Below are positions 9,354 to 18,565 of a DNA stretch of 42,242 bases, one piece after another. Location of the stretch: IMG/VR virus record IMGVR_UViG_2657245570_000016; one strand, written 5' to 3'. The translations under genes and the position numbers were made by a program. The first letter of the stretch is position 1, and the number at the start of each line of letters is the position of its first letter. This stretch comes from a virus. Taxonomy: Duplodnaviria > Heunggongvirae > Uroviricota > Caudoviricetes. The notes beneath the pieces are model-generated. The model was not told the origin of the DNA, did not search any database, and saw nothing but the letters and a program-made list of their open reading frames with translations.

Positions 9354-10655
9354 TCAGATGAGGTCTGCGGTTAGCGTATCGTCGGATACGTCGTCGAAAT
9401 CATTTACAGGGTTGATATTGAGTGCGGGGCGTGGGTCTGACTCGGGAACGACGGTTGGTTTACCATCAGCTCGTGTTATCAGTGCCTCGACTTTTGACCA
9501 ACGGCGTGGACTGGCCTTTTTGATAAGTTTTTCGGCTTTTGTGGGACTAATAAGTTTAAAGTCGAATACTTCTTCAGTTTTGTACCTGAACTGGTCCTTC
9601 AGAAGTGCGCGAGCTGCCTCTTCATCACTCCAGGCCCGGTTACCTTGTTTTCCTGTTACCAGTTTAAACCCCGGTACCGGATGTCCGGCATTGAGTTCAT
9701 TGTGAACCCGGTCCCGTACTGCCTTTAGCCAGGACTCAATAAAGTCGGCCTGGCTATAGATCTCCGCAAGCTGCTCAATGGTTAACAGAGGTACACGTGC
9801 GCTGGCATTGGTGATTATTTCGCTGACAGGCTTTGTCAGATCTTCAAAGTCGCTGGCCGCTGTTTGTAAATGCTGCATTTTCTGGGCAGTGCAAATAGCT
9901 TTTGCTTTACAGAAGCGGCACTGCTTTTCTCCAGGTATGAAGTTTTCCAGCGGTAGTGTCTCAATGCCTTCGCATTCAGCAATATTGAGAACAAGGATCG
10001 CACTGGTTGCGGCCTCCTGTGCTCGTTTACCGAAAGACTGAAGTTCCTGCACGGTTAACGACCATTCTGAAACGTGGTTGAGCCTTGGCTGGTGAATAAA
10101 TAATCTTACAGTCTCAAAGTCATACAGCATGCTGAATTGTTCGAGAGCACCCAGAGCATACAGTTGTAGTTGCTCATTTTGTTCTGCATCAATGCGGACG
10201 CCTTTGCCATATTTCAGGTCGTGGATTTGTAATTCGCTACCAGCGATGATTATGCCGTCGGCAGTTCCGAAAGATTCTTCCACACCCGTTATATGTGAGA
10301 AATCAACACGTTGTTCAACCAATAGTTCATTATTCTGTGCAAGAGTCCAGACCGTATCAACATACCGGCCAACGGCTTCGACCATTTCATCATCCACCTG
10401 TGGGCCAGATGTATCATCAGGATTTTCGCGAAGGGGGTATGAGCCGAGAAACATAGAAACATTGCATCCGGCGTAGTGTTCCGGGTGGCTTTGCCTGTTT
10501 CGTAGAACTTTTTCAGCAAGCGCGTGCGCTGCAGTGCCCTCGATTGCAAAAGTTGTTTCTTTATCCGGTTGTGTGGCCTCCAGCGCCAGACTTCCTGGGC
10601 AGCGCATCCATCGATGCGCTGATGATGGAGAAAGTTGTGCATGAACGTCTGGCAT
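9354..10655 (-). CDS. DUF2800 / Cas4-like PD-(D/E)XK nuclease
   Basis: N-terminal [14 protein letters not shown] motif plus a cysteine cluster ([10 protein letters not shown]) consistent with Cas4/RecB-like nucleases. Confidence 0.65.
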   Translation of the reverse strand: MPDVHAQLSPSSAHRWMRCPGSLALEATQPDKETTFAIEGTAAHALAEKVLRNRQSHPEHYAGCNVSMFLGSYPLRENPDDTSGPQVDDEMVEAVGRYVDTVWTLAQNNELLVEQRVDFSHITGVEESFGTADGIIIAGSELQIHDLKYGKGVRIDAEQNEQLQLYALGALEQFSMLYDFETVRLFIHQPRLNHVSEWSLTVQELQSFGKRAQEAATSAILVLNIAECEGIETLPLENFIPGEKQCRFCKAKAICTAQKMQHLQTAASDFEDLTKPVSEIITNASARVPLLTIEQLAEIYSQADFIESWLKAVRDRVHNELNAGHPVPGFKLVTGKQGNRAWSDEEAARALLKDQFRYKTEEVFDFKLISPTKAEKLIKKASPRRWSKVEALITRADGKPTVVPESDPRPALNINPVNDFDDVSDDTLTADLI

Positions 10656-10657
10656 GA

Positions 10658-11560
10658 TTAACCCTCCAGTGCTTTTTCAGCCAGGGTGATTACTTCAGCG
10701 AGATTTTCATCCGTTACTTCACCAAGTTTCCTGGCTCCCTGTTTTTCCAGAATTGCAATAGCTTCTGCCCGGTAACCCCCTTTTGCTAACTGGAGGATCA
10801 ACCCTTCAGCTTGTTTGCGTAGTGCCGCGAAATCAATTGTATGGTCATCTTTGGCGTCATTATTCTGGCTGGAATTTGCTGTGTCTCTGCGTGCAAATTC
10901 TTCCTGCAGCTGAAGGTACTCAACACGGTTGGTCTCGATATGGCCTTTTTTCAGCATCTCGTTCAACTTGCGTAAGGTGTGGAGTTCACTGGCTGCTGTG
11001 CCGGATACATTTTTGACGTAAAACGGCCCCGTGCGTTCTCCATCTTTGTTACTGGCCTTTTTCGGCTTAACTTCATCACGCCCATCCGCAGGTGCATCAA
11101 GTAGCTGCTCGGCAAAAGCACGTCGCTCGCCGATGGTTGGCAGGTCGTCCCAGAACTTAAGGATGTTACGGGACAGGTCCAGGAGAGCAGGTTTAAGCAG
11201 CGCCCTGGCTCGTTTGACGCCCTGCAATGCGCTGTCGAGAGCATCAATCTGAACTACTCGTTTATCGCCTTCAGCATCACGGTAGGCAACAGCACGTTGC
11301 AGCATGTCTTCTGTGATAGGGGTGGCTACTGGGTAGAAACCAGCCAGTGCGATAACGTCGCTGAACTCCAGATCATCCAGTGTCATTGCCGCTGACATAT
11401 TTTCAGTTTCAGTTGCTGTATCCCGACATTCCTGCACTCGTGAAATCGTGTCAGGATGCATAACAATACCTGATGCCATTGTGCGGATAAGACGTTCAAG
11501 CAGCGCATTATGTTGTGCCAGAAGTTGATTATTAAGTTCGAGACTGGTTTCTAAACTCAT
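10658..11560 (-). CDS. Hypothetical phage early protein
   Basis: 300-aa ORF in the early-left operon, 3 nt from the downstream gene; no recognisable motif. Confidence 0.5.
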   Translation of the reverse strand: MSLETSLELNNQLLAQHNALLERLIRTMASGIVMHPDTISRVQECRDTATETENMSAAMTLDDLEFSDVIALAGFYPVATPITEDMLQRAVAYRDAEGDKRVVQIDALDSALQGVKRARALLKPALLDLSRNILKFWDDLPTIGERRAFAEQLLDAPADGRDEVKPKKASNKDGERTGPFYVKNVSGTAASELHTLRKLNEMLKKGHIETNRVEYLQLQEEFARRDTANSSQNNDAKDDHTIDFAALRKQAEGLILQLAKGGYRAEAIAILEKQGARKLGEVTDENLAEVITLAEKALEG

Positions 11561-11706
11561 ACTGTGGTCCTCGCTACAAGGAGAATGAAAGTGATGATCA
11601 GACCGAGCGCAGTGGCAACGGCCAGACCGGTCATCAAATCGAAGTTTTTACGGCGATAACGGAGAACATCGCGCCCCGTCAGTCGATAGAGGTGTTCAGG
11701 TTTCAT
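11557..11706 (-). CDS. Small hydrophobic protein (49 aa), first ORF of the early-left operon
   Basis: Hand translation [49 protein letters not shown]; its stop overlaps the start of the next gene (ATGA). Below the ORF-track length cutoff. Confidence 0.35.
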   Translation of the reverse strand: MKPEHLYRLTGRDVLRYRRKNFDLMTGLAVATALGLIITFILLVARTTV

Positions 11707-11761
11707 CGGTTGTATTCCTTTTTTCATATCGGGGAGCGCGCTGTTGCGAGTGCGCTTTCAG

Positions 11762-11791
11762 ACATAAAAAAGCCCGTCATTTGCGGCGGGC
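11762..11791 (-). terminator. Terminator-like hairpin in the early-left leader (minus-strand sense)
   Basis: Minus-strand RNA GCCCG-(10-nt loop)-CGGGC followed by UUUUUUAU; lies between the presumed leftward promoter region and the first early ORF. Confidence 0.4.
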
Positions 11792-11930
11792 AAAGACTAC
11801 ACACAGCAATTACATGGATATCATCGAGTGCCTGCTTTTAACCACATCAGGCGAGGTGGTTCTCCTTGTACCCCTACAGTGAGAAATCGTCTAATATCTC
11901 TTCACCCCTACAGTTTGAGAGAGATTAGAT

Positions 11931-12500
11931 ATGTCTGAAGAAAAAGGAATTCTTTCCCGGATAACTGAATCGTTATCCGGCGTGGGAGGAGCAATTAAAG
12001 GCGCGGTTGGAGCAGCAAGAGAGATTCAGAATCTGACTGTCGACTATGCAGTTAAAGAGAAGACGCACACCTTACTCGATAAGCTAATGGATGTTCAGAT
12101 GCAGCAAATGTCGCTTCAGGAGCTGCTGATTGCGGCTAAGGAGAAAATTGTTGAACTGGAAAATGAGAAAGTAAAGCAAGAGAACTGGGCCGCTGAAGCG
12201 GCGAGCTATGAACTTTACCAGCCTATGCGGGGTACTCTGGTCTATCGCAGCAAGCTTTCTGCAGATACTGACCAATCTCCGGTTTATATTTGTCCCAATT
12301 GCTACGAGCAAAAGAGAAAATCTATATTGCAAGCGGAAGGTCTGGTTATTAAGCCAGGCCTTGGGCGAGCCGTTAATATGGTTTGTTCGCACTGTAGGGC
12401 TTCCTATCTGTTCAACCGAAATGCTTTAGAGGCCAGACTGCCTGCTGAAGATGAAAATCCGGGGAAGGCAATCACGGATTACGATCCTTACAACCAGTAA
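11931..12500 (+). CDS. Hypothetical protein with N-terminal coiled-coil and C-terminal CxxC...CxxC zinc ribbon
   Basis: 189 aa; heptad-like QMQQMSLQELLIAAKEKIVELENEKVKQ region; CPNC ... CSHC pairs; own ATG; transcribed opposite to the early-left operon and convergent with cI. Confidence 0.55.
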   Translation: MSEEKGILSRITESLSGVGGAIKGAVGAAREIQNLTVDYAVKEKTHTLLDKLMDVQMQQMSLQELLIAAKEKIVELENEKVKQENWAAEAASYELYQPMRGTLVYRSKLSADTDQSPVYICPNCYEQKRKSILQAEGLVIKPGLGRAVNMVCSHCRASYLFNRNALEARLPAEDENPGKAITDYDPYNQ

Positions 12501-12807
12501 TTTCTTTAAGCATGGGTACCCTTCCGGCCACCCAGAGTTAAAGGAACTAAGCGCCCCATCGTCGGGGCGTTTCAACTTGCGTGACTTATCAGTTCGTCGC
12601 GGTGTTGTCCTCTACGCTTACCGTACGCATACGGACTCGGCGCTTACCTCGATCCCATCGGGTGCCATTTCATTTTGCCAGGAGTACTGCGGCTTACCTG
12701 TCACGCGGTTCAGTTTGTTAAAGAGCTGGTATTAAAAAACGCATTAATTATGCGGTATCGTATTTATATGCGTTATGGGATTTTGCGTCAATACGAAAAT
12801 GAATTAT

Positions 12808-12845
12808 TTTGCAAATAAGAAAACCGCCCTTGTGGAGAGCGGTTT
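12808..12845 (-). terminator. Rho-independent terminator downstream of the repressor gene (minus-strand sense)
   Basis: AAACCGC-(11-nt loop)-GCGGTTT perfect 7-bp stem; on the minus strand it is followed by CUUAUUUGCAAAAUAAUU; about 30 nt past the cI stop. Confidence 0.5.
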
Positions 12846-12875
12846 GATCAGAAGTAAGTTATCAGACTGTAAAGG

Positions 12876-13550
12876 TTAGTACATGCGTAGCGCGGATTTG
12901 GCGATCCCCGCCACGTAATGGATTTTTTCAATGTTTTCGCGTGGTACTCTGACTGGTGGATGATCTTCATTTACAGACATTAGATGGAACAGGCCATCGC
13001 GTTCGAACAAGAAGGTTTTAACCATGACCTCACCGTCCCGGGTAACCACAAGTACTTCATCACCAGGAGTGTAGTCGTGGTTGGGTTCGACGATTACGAA
13101 CTCACCCTCTTTGATTCTAGGCATCATTGAATCACCAACACATTTCAGGGCGTATGCATCTTCATCCTTTGTCGGCCAGTATATGAAACCATCACTGCTA
13201 CCTACTGAATATTGGGTGTCGCTCCAAAGTCCTCCAACGCCTAGCTGAGTGTTTCCCAAAACAGGTACTTTATTAAACCTAAGAGAAATATACGTTTTTA
13301 TACCCGTCGCGTCCTCTTTCTCCATTTCTTGAAGGCTCCTTTCTGCCAGGTCTATTGGTGACACGTGGAAGTAGTCGGCGATCTGCTTTAACGTTGCGTA
13401 TTTCGGATCTTTCACCTCTCCTGATACCAGCCTGTGTAGCGTTGGTTGGTTCAGTTGTAACCGACGTGCCAGCTCAGTTATCGAGCTTATCTTGGCTTTG
13501 TCCATCAGGTACTTGATGTTTTGAGAAAGGATATCGGTAGTATCAATCAT
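12876..13550 (-). CDS. cI: CI-like phage repressor (HTH plus S24 LexA-type peptidase domain)
   Basis: N-terminal HTH (ITELARRLQLNQPTLHRLVSGE) and C-terminal S24 motifs (GDSM serine, VMVKTF lysine); divergent from a Cro-like gene. Confidence 0.9.
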   Translation of the reverse strand: MIDTTDILSQNIKYLMDKAKISSITELARRLQLNQPTLHRLVSGEVKDPKYATLKQIADYFHVSPIDLAERSLQEMEKEDATGIKTYISLRFNKVPVLGNTQLGVGGLWSDTQYSVGSSDGFIYWPTKDEDAYALKCVGDSMMPRIKEGEFVIVEPNHDYTPGDEVLVVTRDGEVMVKTFLFERDGLFHLMSVNEDHPPVRVPRENIEKIHYVAGIAKSALRMY

Positions 13551-13691
13551 TTGGATTCATCCATGTTGTATACAGGGACGGTGATTATGCGTTATCGGAT
13601 ATTTTAATCCAGGATGATATAGAATTGCCGTATTGCTGAATAATCCGTTTTCGTATAAATTTGCGCTATAGACGAAAGTGGAGACTTAAAT
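13551..13691. promoter_or_regulatory. Immunity-region intergenic DNA (expected divergent promoters and operators)
   Basis: 141-bp AT-rich spacer between divergent cI and cro; individual operators not resolved by eye. Confidence 0.5.
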
Positions 13692-13892
13692 ATGTCCGGA
13701 CTAACACCACAAGAGATGGTCAAAAGCTTGATTGATTCAGGGTATACCCAAAACCAAATTGCCGAAATTGCAGGCGTGAAGCAGTCTTCTATTAGTCGGC
13801 TTCTCACCGGGGTTCATTCTGACCCTCGCTTTTCTACAGTACGTGCGATAGAAAAGCTTTTTCAGGAAGTGACAGCTAGACAAAAGGCGTAA
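13692..13892 (+). CDS. cro: Cro-like HTH regulator
   Basis: 66 aa with HTH (YTQNQIAEIAGVKQSSISRLLTG); divergent from cI; GGAG Shine-Dalgarno. Confidence 0.7.
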   Translation: MSGLTPQEMVKSLIDSGYTQNQIAEIAGVKQSSISRLLTGVHSDPRFSTVRAIEKLFQEVTARQKA

Positions 13893-13895
13893 CCC

Positions 13896-16157
13896 ATGTC
13901 TGATAACAAACCATGGGGAGCTACGCCCGATGAGTGGTTCCACTTCGATCTGGTGTTGGGGATGACAGACAGGCTTTTACCTGTGGTGTCCAATCCCTGT
14001 GCAGAACTGTCGCCTAATAGCAAGCTGTCTCATAATTTCGGCAAAACCCCCAGTCGCTACAATGGCCAACGTAAGGTTGTTGGTATCCCCGACTGGGCTA
14101 ACTATGTTGTTACGGAAAACGATTTTGCCCGGTGGTCGAACGAACCCGATTACGGTATTTGCGTTCGTACTGGCGACGGGGTGGTGGCTCTGGACTGCGA
14201 TATCAATGACGCCGGGATGCAGGAGATCGTACGCAATATTATCCTGTCATGCCTGGGGGAACTTCCGCCACGTCGCTGGCGGGCTGACAGTCATAAATGC
14301 CTGTACCTGATTGCTGTTGATGGCGACTACCGTAAACGTGGTCACCGCCTGGAAGGCGAAAACAAACAAATAGAGCTGCTCGCTAAGGGCCAGCAGTTTG
14401 TGGCTTGTGGTACCCATCCGGCAGGCGAACGTATTCAGTGGGACTGCGGTCTGCCCGGCGAACCTCTGAAAATTACATCTGAACAGCTCGAAAGCCTGTG
14501 GCAGCGTCTGGCGGATAACTTACCCGTGAAAGACAGCTATACCGCAGGTGCAGGACGTCAGCGTGATCTTTCCTGTGTTGATCCTTCCGCGACAGATGAT
14601 GTCGCCGACTGGCTTGACGCGAACGGGTGGACTCTGTCAGTCAGCTCTGATGGTTCCCGCAATCTGAAACCGTTTCGGGATGAGTCAGAATACAGCAACG
14701 GTTGCAGCGAAACATCCATTAAGTATTTCCCAAAAGGGACGGGGGGATTTGAACAGGGACATTTTAAAAGCATGCACAACACCGATGCGGGGCTTACTGA
14801 TGCCGACTGGCTGGAAGGCTACGGCTATACGCAATCCCTGTTCGAAGATCTCACGGTGGTTGAAGATGGCGATAAGCCTGAATTTACCGATATTAATACA
14901 GATATGACAGCTCATTTTCTGGAACGCTTTATCTACGTCATCGAGGGTGACCAGGTATGTGATCTTAGCCGACCGCCATATCAGTGCATGATGGATATGA
15001 AGTCGTTCAAAAACCTGATGGCGCCTTACCAGTTCCCGCCAGAAGGGAAAGGGCAACCAACTCCCGCAACCAAACGGTGGATAGAGCATCGGCATAAGAA
15101 GATTGCTGAGACGACAGGCTATAAGCCCGGTGCGGGACGTATTATCGAGCGTTTCGACGGGCGGTTTGAGATAAACGAATTTTATATGCCTGAGCATCCA
15201 CGTACAGCGGATACAAGTAAGGTGTCCACGTTCCTTAATCATATGGCGTATCTGGTACCTGATGCCTGGCAGCGCGAGTTTTTCATCGCCCGTCTGGGGT
15301 GGATGGTTCAGCGTCCGGAGCGTCGATGCCCGATTTCTATTCTGCATGTGGCTTCCGCACATGGTACGGGCAGAGGATGGGTCAGCCAGTTAATGGAGCG
15401 CGTGCTTGGTCCGTGGAACTGTGCTCGTACTCGCATGAAGATCCTGTGCGATAACCAGTTCCATGACTATCTGTACAATACGCTTCTATGCACCATTGAC
15501 GAGGTGCGCGAAAATGATAAGCGGTATGAGGTGAACGATAAGATCCGTGACGTGCTGACAGAACCACGGTTTGAAGTGAACCGCAAATATGGCAGCAAAA
15601 AAACGATGGATATATACACCGGCTTTCTGTTCTACACCAACCACTTTGATGCGCTGGCGCTGCCAGAGGAAGACCGACGTATCGCTGTGCTGGGGGGCCC
15701 TGACTTCGCCGCAACTGAAGAGCATTACGCCAGCCTGTACGGTGCGCTAAGCGACAGCGACTTTATCGCCCAGGTGTACTGGTATCTGATGGGCGTTGAC
15801 CTGTCTCGCTTTAACTGGCAGCGCGCCCCCGAGACGAAAGAACGCCTTCTGATGATTGAAAGCAATAAGAGCGATGTGGAGGCTGCTCTTATTGAAATCC
15901 TGGATAATCCGCCTGTGCCAGCAATGACTTATCAACAAATTGTTAACGCAATACTGGCAGAAGCAGGAATGGATGTAGAAATTAACCAGAAGCATATTAC
16001 TCGCATTTTGAAAGAAAGAACAAAGCGGGAACCCGTACGCGTAAAAATTGACGGGTTTGTATATAGGATTTGGATTCTTGTAAAAAATAACGATTTCAGC
16101 AACGAAGAATTGCGCGAAATATATAAATCTTGCGAAATTTTGCAATCTGGATTGTAA
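13896..16157 (+). CDS. Replication primase (prim-pol N-terminal domain with P4/D5-type primase-helicase-like C-terminal region)
   Basis: 753 aa directly after cro and directly before an iteron-rich origin; N-terminal acidic VALDCDINDAG-type segment; large C-terminal NTPase-like region. Assignment is by architecture and context. Confidence 0.6.
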   Translation: MSDNKPWGATPDEWFHFDLVLGMTDRLLPVVSNPCAELSPNSKLSHNFGKTPSRYNGQRKVVGIPDWANYVVTENDFARWSNEPDYGICVRTGDGVVALDCDINDAGMQEIVRNIILSCLGELPPRRWRADSHKCLYLIAVDGDYRKRGHRLEGENKQIELLAKGQQFVACGTHPAGERIQWDCGLPGEPLKITSEQLESLWQRLADNLPVKDSYTAGAGRQRDLSCVDPSATDDVADWLDANGWTLSVSSDGSRNLKPFRDESEYSNGCSETSIKYFPKGTGGFEQGHFKSMHNTDAGLTDADWLEGYGYTQSLFEDLTVVEDGDKPEFTDINTDMTAHFLERFIYVIEGDQVCDLSRPPYQCMMDMKSFKNLMAPYQFPPEGKGQPTPATKRWIEHRHKKIAETTGYKPGAGRIIERFDGRFEINEFYMPEHPRTADTSKVSTFLNHMAYLVPDAWQREFFIARLGWMVQRPERRCPISILHVASAHGTGRGWVSQLMERVLGPWNCARTRMKILCDNQFHDYLYNTLLCTIDEVRENDKRYEVNDKIRDVLTEPRFEVNRKYGSKKTMDIYTGFLFYTNHFDALALPEEDRRIAVLGGPDFAATEEHYASLYGALSDSDFIAQVYWYLMGVDLSRFNWQRAPETKERLLMIESNKSDVEAALIEILDNPPVPAMTYQQIVNAILAEAGMDVEINQKHITRILKERTKREPVRVKIDGFVYRIWILVKNNDFSNEELREIYKSCEILQSGL

Positions 16158-16159
16158 AA

Positions 16160-16424
16160 AGGTGACGGCTAGGTGACGGCAAAACGCTTAAGCGTCACCT
16201 TAAAAAGTATATATAAAACAATGGGAAATGTGCTAAAGGTGACAGGTGACGGCAGAATTTAAAACTATATACGCGATAGTGTGTATTTTAGGTATTATAC
16301 GATCGCTTATATATAGAGAACTAAAATCAACCGTCACCTGTCACCTAAAACATCTTCAGGCCTTATATGGCGCGCTTTGCAGCAGGTGACGGATATGTAA
16401 TTACGCGTCACCTAGCCGTCACCC
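16160..16424. repeat. Putative replication origin: about ten GGTGAC(R)G iterons in inverted blocks around an AT-rich centre
   Basis: GGTGACGGCTAGGTGACGGC (16161-16180) is mirrored by GCGTCACCTAGCCGTCACC (16406-16424); AGGTGACAGGTGACGG (16237-16252) is mirrored exactly by CCGTCACCTGTCACCT (16331-16346); AT-rich centre around 16200-16320. Confidence 0.6.
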
Positions 16425-16472
16425 GGAAATTAACTTGAAAAAATTAGCAAATAACTAAATGAGGATACGACG

Positions 16473-16763
16473 ATGTCAAAGATATTCCGCCAATGTATGC
16501 CTTACGGTATCCGCAAAACAGCTGAGGGGGCTTGGGAAGCATTCAACAGAGACTACCAGCCCTTAGGGGAGGCTTTTTTCTTCAAAAGAGCACTAACGCA
16601 GGCCACTCGAGATGTGTTGGCGCCACCGCCGGTAACTCAGCGCGACGACTGTGTATGGCTGTATAGCGATATCGAGCACCCGATGCACTCTGAGGCTTAC
16701 TGGAAAGCGTATTGCCAGCGGCTTAAACATCTTTCTAACCTCAAAATGAAAGATGAACGGTAA
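16473..16763 (+). CDS. Hypothetical phage protein
   Basis: 96-aa ORF with a Shine-Dalgarno (GAGGA), between the origin and the Q-like gene. Confidence 0.45.
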   Translation: MSKIFRQCMPYGIRKTAEGAWEAFNRDYQPLGEAFFFKRALTQATRDVLAPPPVTQRDDCVWLYSDIEHPMHSEAYWKAYCQRLKHLSNLKMKDER

Positions 16764-16788
16764 GTAGCAAAACGTAGAGGTCAGAGCT

Positions 16789-17211
16789 ATGCGTGATATT
16801 CGACTGGTTTTAGAGCGATGGGGGGGCTGGGCTGCGAGCGAAGGTTGCAGTGTCTACTATCCACCTGTTTCCGCTGGATTTAAGAATCTGCTACCTGCAA
16901 CGCAAGCCGGGCGGCTGAAGTGCAGTGACAATGACGGTCTGATCATCAGCTCTGCTATGAACTGCCTGAAGAAAAAAGATCCGTACCTGTGTACGCTCCT
17001 TGAGTGGCATTACATCCAGGCGATGCCTGTGAGGGCTATGGGTGTGAAGCTCGGCGTATCACACACTCAAGTTCTGAAGAGGCTCCAGGCTGCAGAGGGA
17101 TTTATCGACGGCTGCCTGGCTATGCTGGACGTGGTTCTGGAAATGGATCAAGCAGTTCAGTCAAAGCCTAAGGCTATCAGGACTTTGCGAAGGAGCTGCC
17201 CGGCGGCATAA
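16789..17211 (+). CDS. Late-gene antiterminator, Q-like
   Basis: N-terminus MRDIRLVLERWGGWAA resembles Q-family antiterminators as I recall them; positioned before a terminator and the lysis genes. Confidence 0.6.
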   Translation: MRDIRLVLERWGGWAASEGCSVYYPPVSAGFKNLLPATQAGRLKCSDNDGLIISSAMNCLKKKDPYLCTLLEWHYIQAMPVRAMGVKLGVSHTQVLKRLQAAEGFIDGCLAMLDVVLEMDQAVQSKPKAIRTLRRSCPAA

Positions 17212-17619
17212 TATCCAGTAATCAATCACGTAAGGGAATCAGATGGTATTCAGGATTGCCGTAAACACCTGACGGCTTCAGGTATCAAGGTAAGATAAAA
17301 AATAGTTGTGGAATTCCAAAAAGCCGATTAGCCTGATATCTGTTGAAAACAGTTCATCACGAAGAGGCTTCCGCAAGGGGGCCTTTTTTATTGCCCCATT
17401 CTGGGGAAAAGTTAATAAAACAGGGCTTTCGCTGCGAAAAAACGCTATGCAGTTTTTGCCCTTTTTTATGCACCTTTTATTCACTCGAATTTCGTCATTC
17501 TGGACCACTTAAGTTGATTAAATAGGCCTTTCATCGCAAATCTATTGCGAGCGGGGATCGTGTGGTTCCTATAACGTACATTATGTTAAATAACTTCCTT
17601 TTTTAACAAATTTAACAAG

Positions 17620-17642
17620 GTTCGCTATGGCGAACTTTTTTT
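17620..17642 (+). terminator. Rho-independent terminator between Q and the lysis cassette (tR'-like)
   Basis: GTTCGC-TATG-GCGAAC followed by TTTTTTT. Confidence 0.65.
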
Positions 17643-17743
17643 GTATTCAGGGCCCACCGAAGGACGGCTCATAACCCAATCCTACGGGCGTATACGCAGG
17701 GCCCGCCTTTCAACAACACCCCGTAATGGCGGAGGTGGGAAGT

Positions 17744-18085
17744 ATGAAAATGCACAATGCTCCTCATTCCTGGCCTGACTTACTGGAACTCTTACAAAGT
17801 TGGTGGCGTGGAGATACGCCGTTGGGCGCAGTGGTTATGTCAATTGTTATGGCTGGCTTGCGCATTGCCTATTTTGGCGGTGGCGGCGGCTGGAAACGAA
17901 AAACGCTTGAGATTTTGCTCTGTGGTGCTCTGACGCTGACTTTTGCATCCGCTCTTGAGTATGTCGGATGGCCTAAATCGCTTTCTGTTGCCATTGGTGG
18001 TGGTGTTGGGCTGATCGGTGTCGATGCTATTCGTGGGGCTGCAATGCGAGTAATCGGTAACAAGTTTGGTGGCTCTAAGGAGTAA
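17744..18085 (+). CDS. Holin (dual-start MKM motif)
   Basis: Hydrophobic helices, Gly-rich segment, charged C-terminus; GGAGGTGGG Shine-Dalgarno before ATG-AAA-ATG; immediately upstream of the endolysin. The ORF-track start at 17726 would place the Shine-Dalgarno inside the ORF. Confidence 0.7.
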   Translation: MKMHNAPHSWPDLLELLQSWWRGDTPLGAVVMSIVMAGLRIAYFGGGGGWKRKTLEILLCGALTLTFASALEYVGWPKSLSVAIGGGVGLIGVDAIRGAAMRVIGNKFGGSKE

Positions 18086-18088
18086 TTC

Positions 18089-18565
18089 ATGCAGACACTA
18101 AATTCCCAACGTAAAGCTTTCCTGGATATGGTGGCATGGTCAGAAGGAACGGATAACGGGCGACAACCGACACGTAATCACGGTTATGACGTTATCGTCG
18201 GAGGTGAGTTGTTCACTGATTACTCCGATCACCCTCGCAAACTTGTCACGCTAAACCCGAAGCTTAAATCAACAGCCGCAGGCCGGTATCAGCTTCTTTC
18301 ACGCTGGTGGGATGCCTACCGCAAGCAGCTTGGCCTGAAAGATTTTTCGCCAGAAAGTCAGGACGCTGTGGCGCTGCAGCAGATTAAAGAGCGTGGCGCT
18401 TTACCGATGATTGACCGTGGCGATATTCGTCAGGCAATCGACCGTTGCAGCAATATCTGGGCGTCGTTACCTGGTGCAGGTTACGGTCAGTATGAACATA
18501 AAATCGGTGACCTGATTTCCAGGTTTAAAGATGCTGGTGGGGTGGTAAATGAAGCTGACTTATAA
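18089..18565 (+). CDS. R: Endolysin, lambda R-type lytic transglycosylase
   Basis: 158 aa, near-identical over most of its length to lambda R as I recall it (QRKAFLDM.AWSEGTDNGRQ.TRNHGYDVIVGGELFTDYSDHPRKLVTLNPKLKST). Confidence 0.9.
   Translation: MQTLNSQRKAFLDMVAWSEGTDNGRQPTRNHGYDVIVGGELFTDYSDHPRKLVTLNPKLKSTAAGRYQLLSRWWDAYRKQLGLKDFSPESQDAVALQQIKERGALPMIDRGDIRQAIDRCSNIWASLPGAGYGQYEHKIGDLISRFKDAGGVVNEADL

Noticed and set aside
12451-12735. 94-aa plus-strand ORF overlapping the end of the zinc-ribbon gene
   Set aside because: Overlaps the 3' end of a better-supported gene in another frame and runs through terminator-like hairpins.
14685-15725. Minus-strand ORFs inside the primase gene (14685..15362, 15382..15714, 15486..15725)
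   Set aside because: Antisense to a 753-aa ORF with clear context; likely spurious.
16160-16424. Possible CRISPR-like array suggested by the repeated GGTGACGG motif
   Set aside because: The repeats are only 8 bp, occur in both orientations with irregular spacing and there are no cas genes; the pattern fits origin iterons.
17278-17525. Three overlapping ORFs between the Q-like gene and the holin
   Set aside because: Mutually overlapping on both strands in an AT-rich regulatory interval, with no ribosome-binding sites; more likely the late promoter/leader region.
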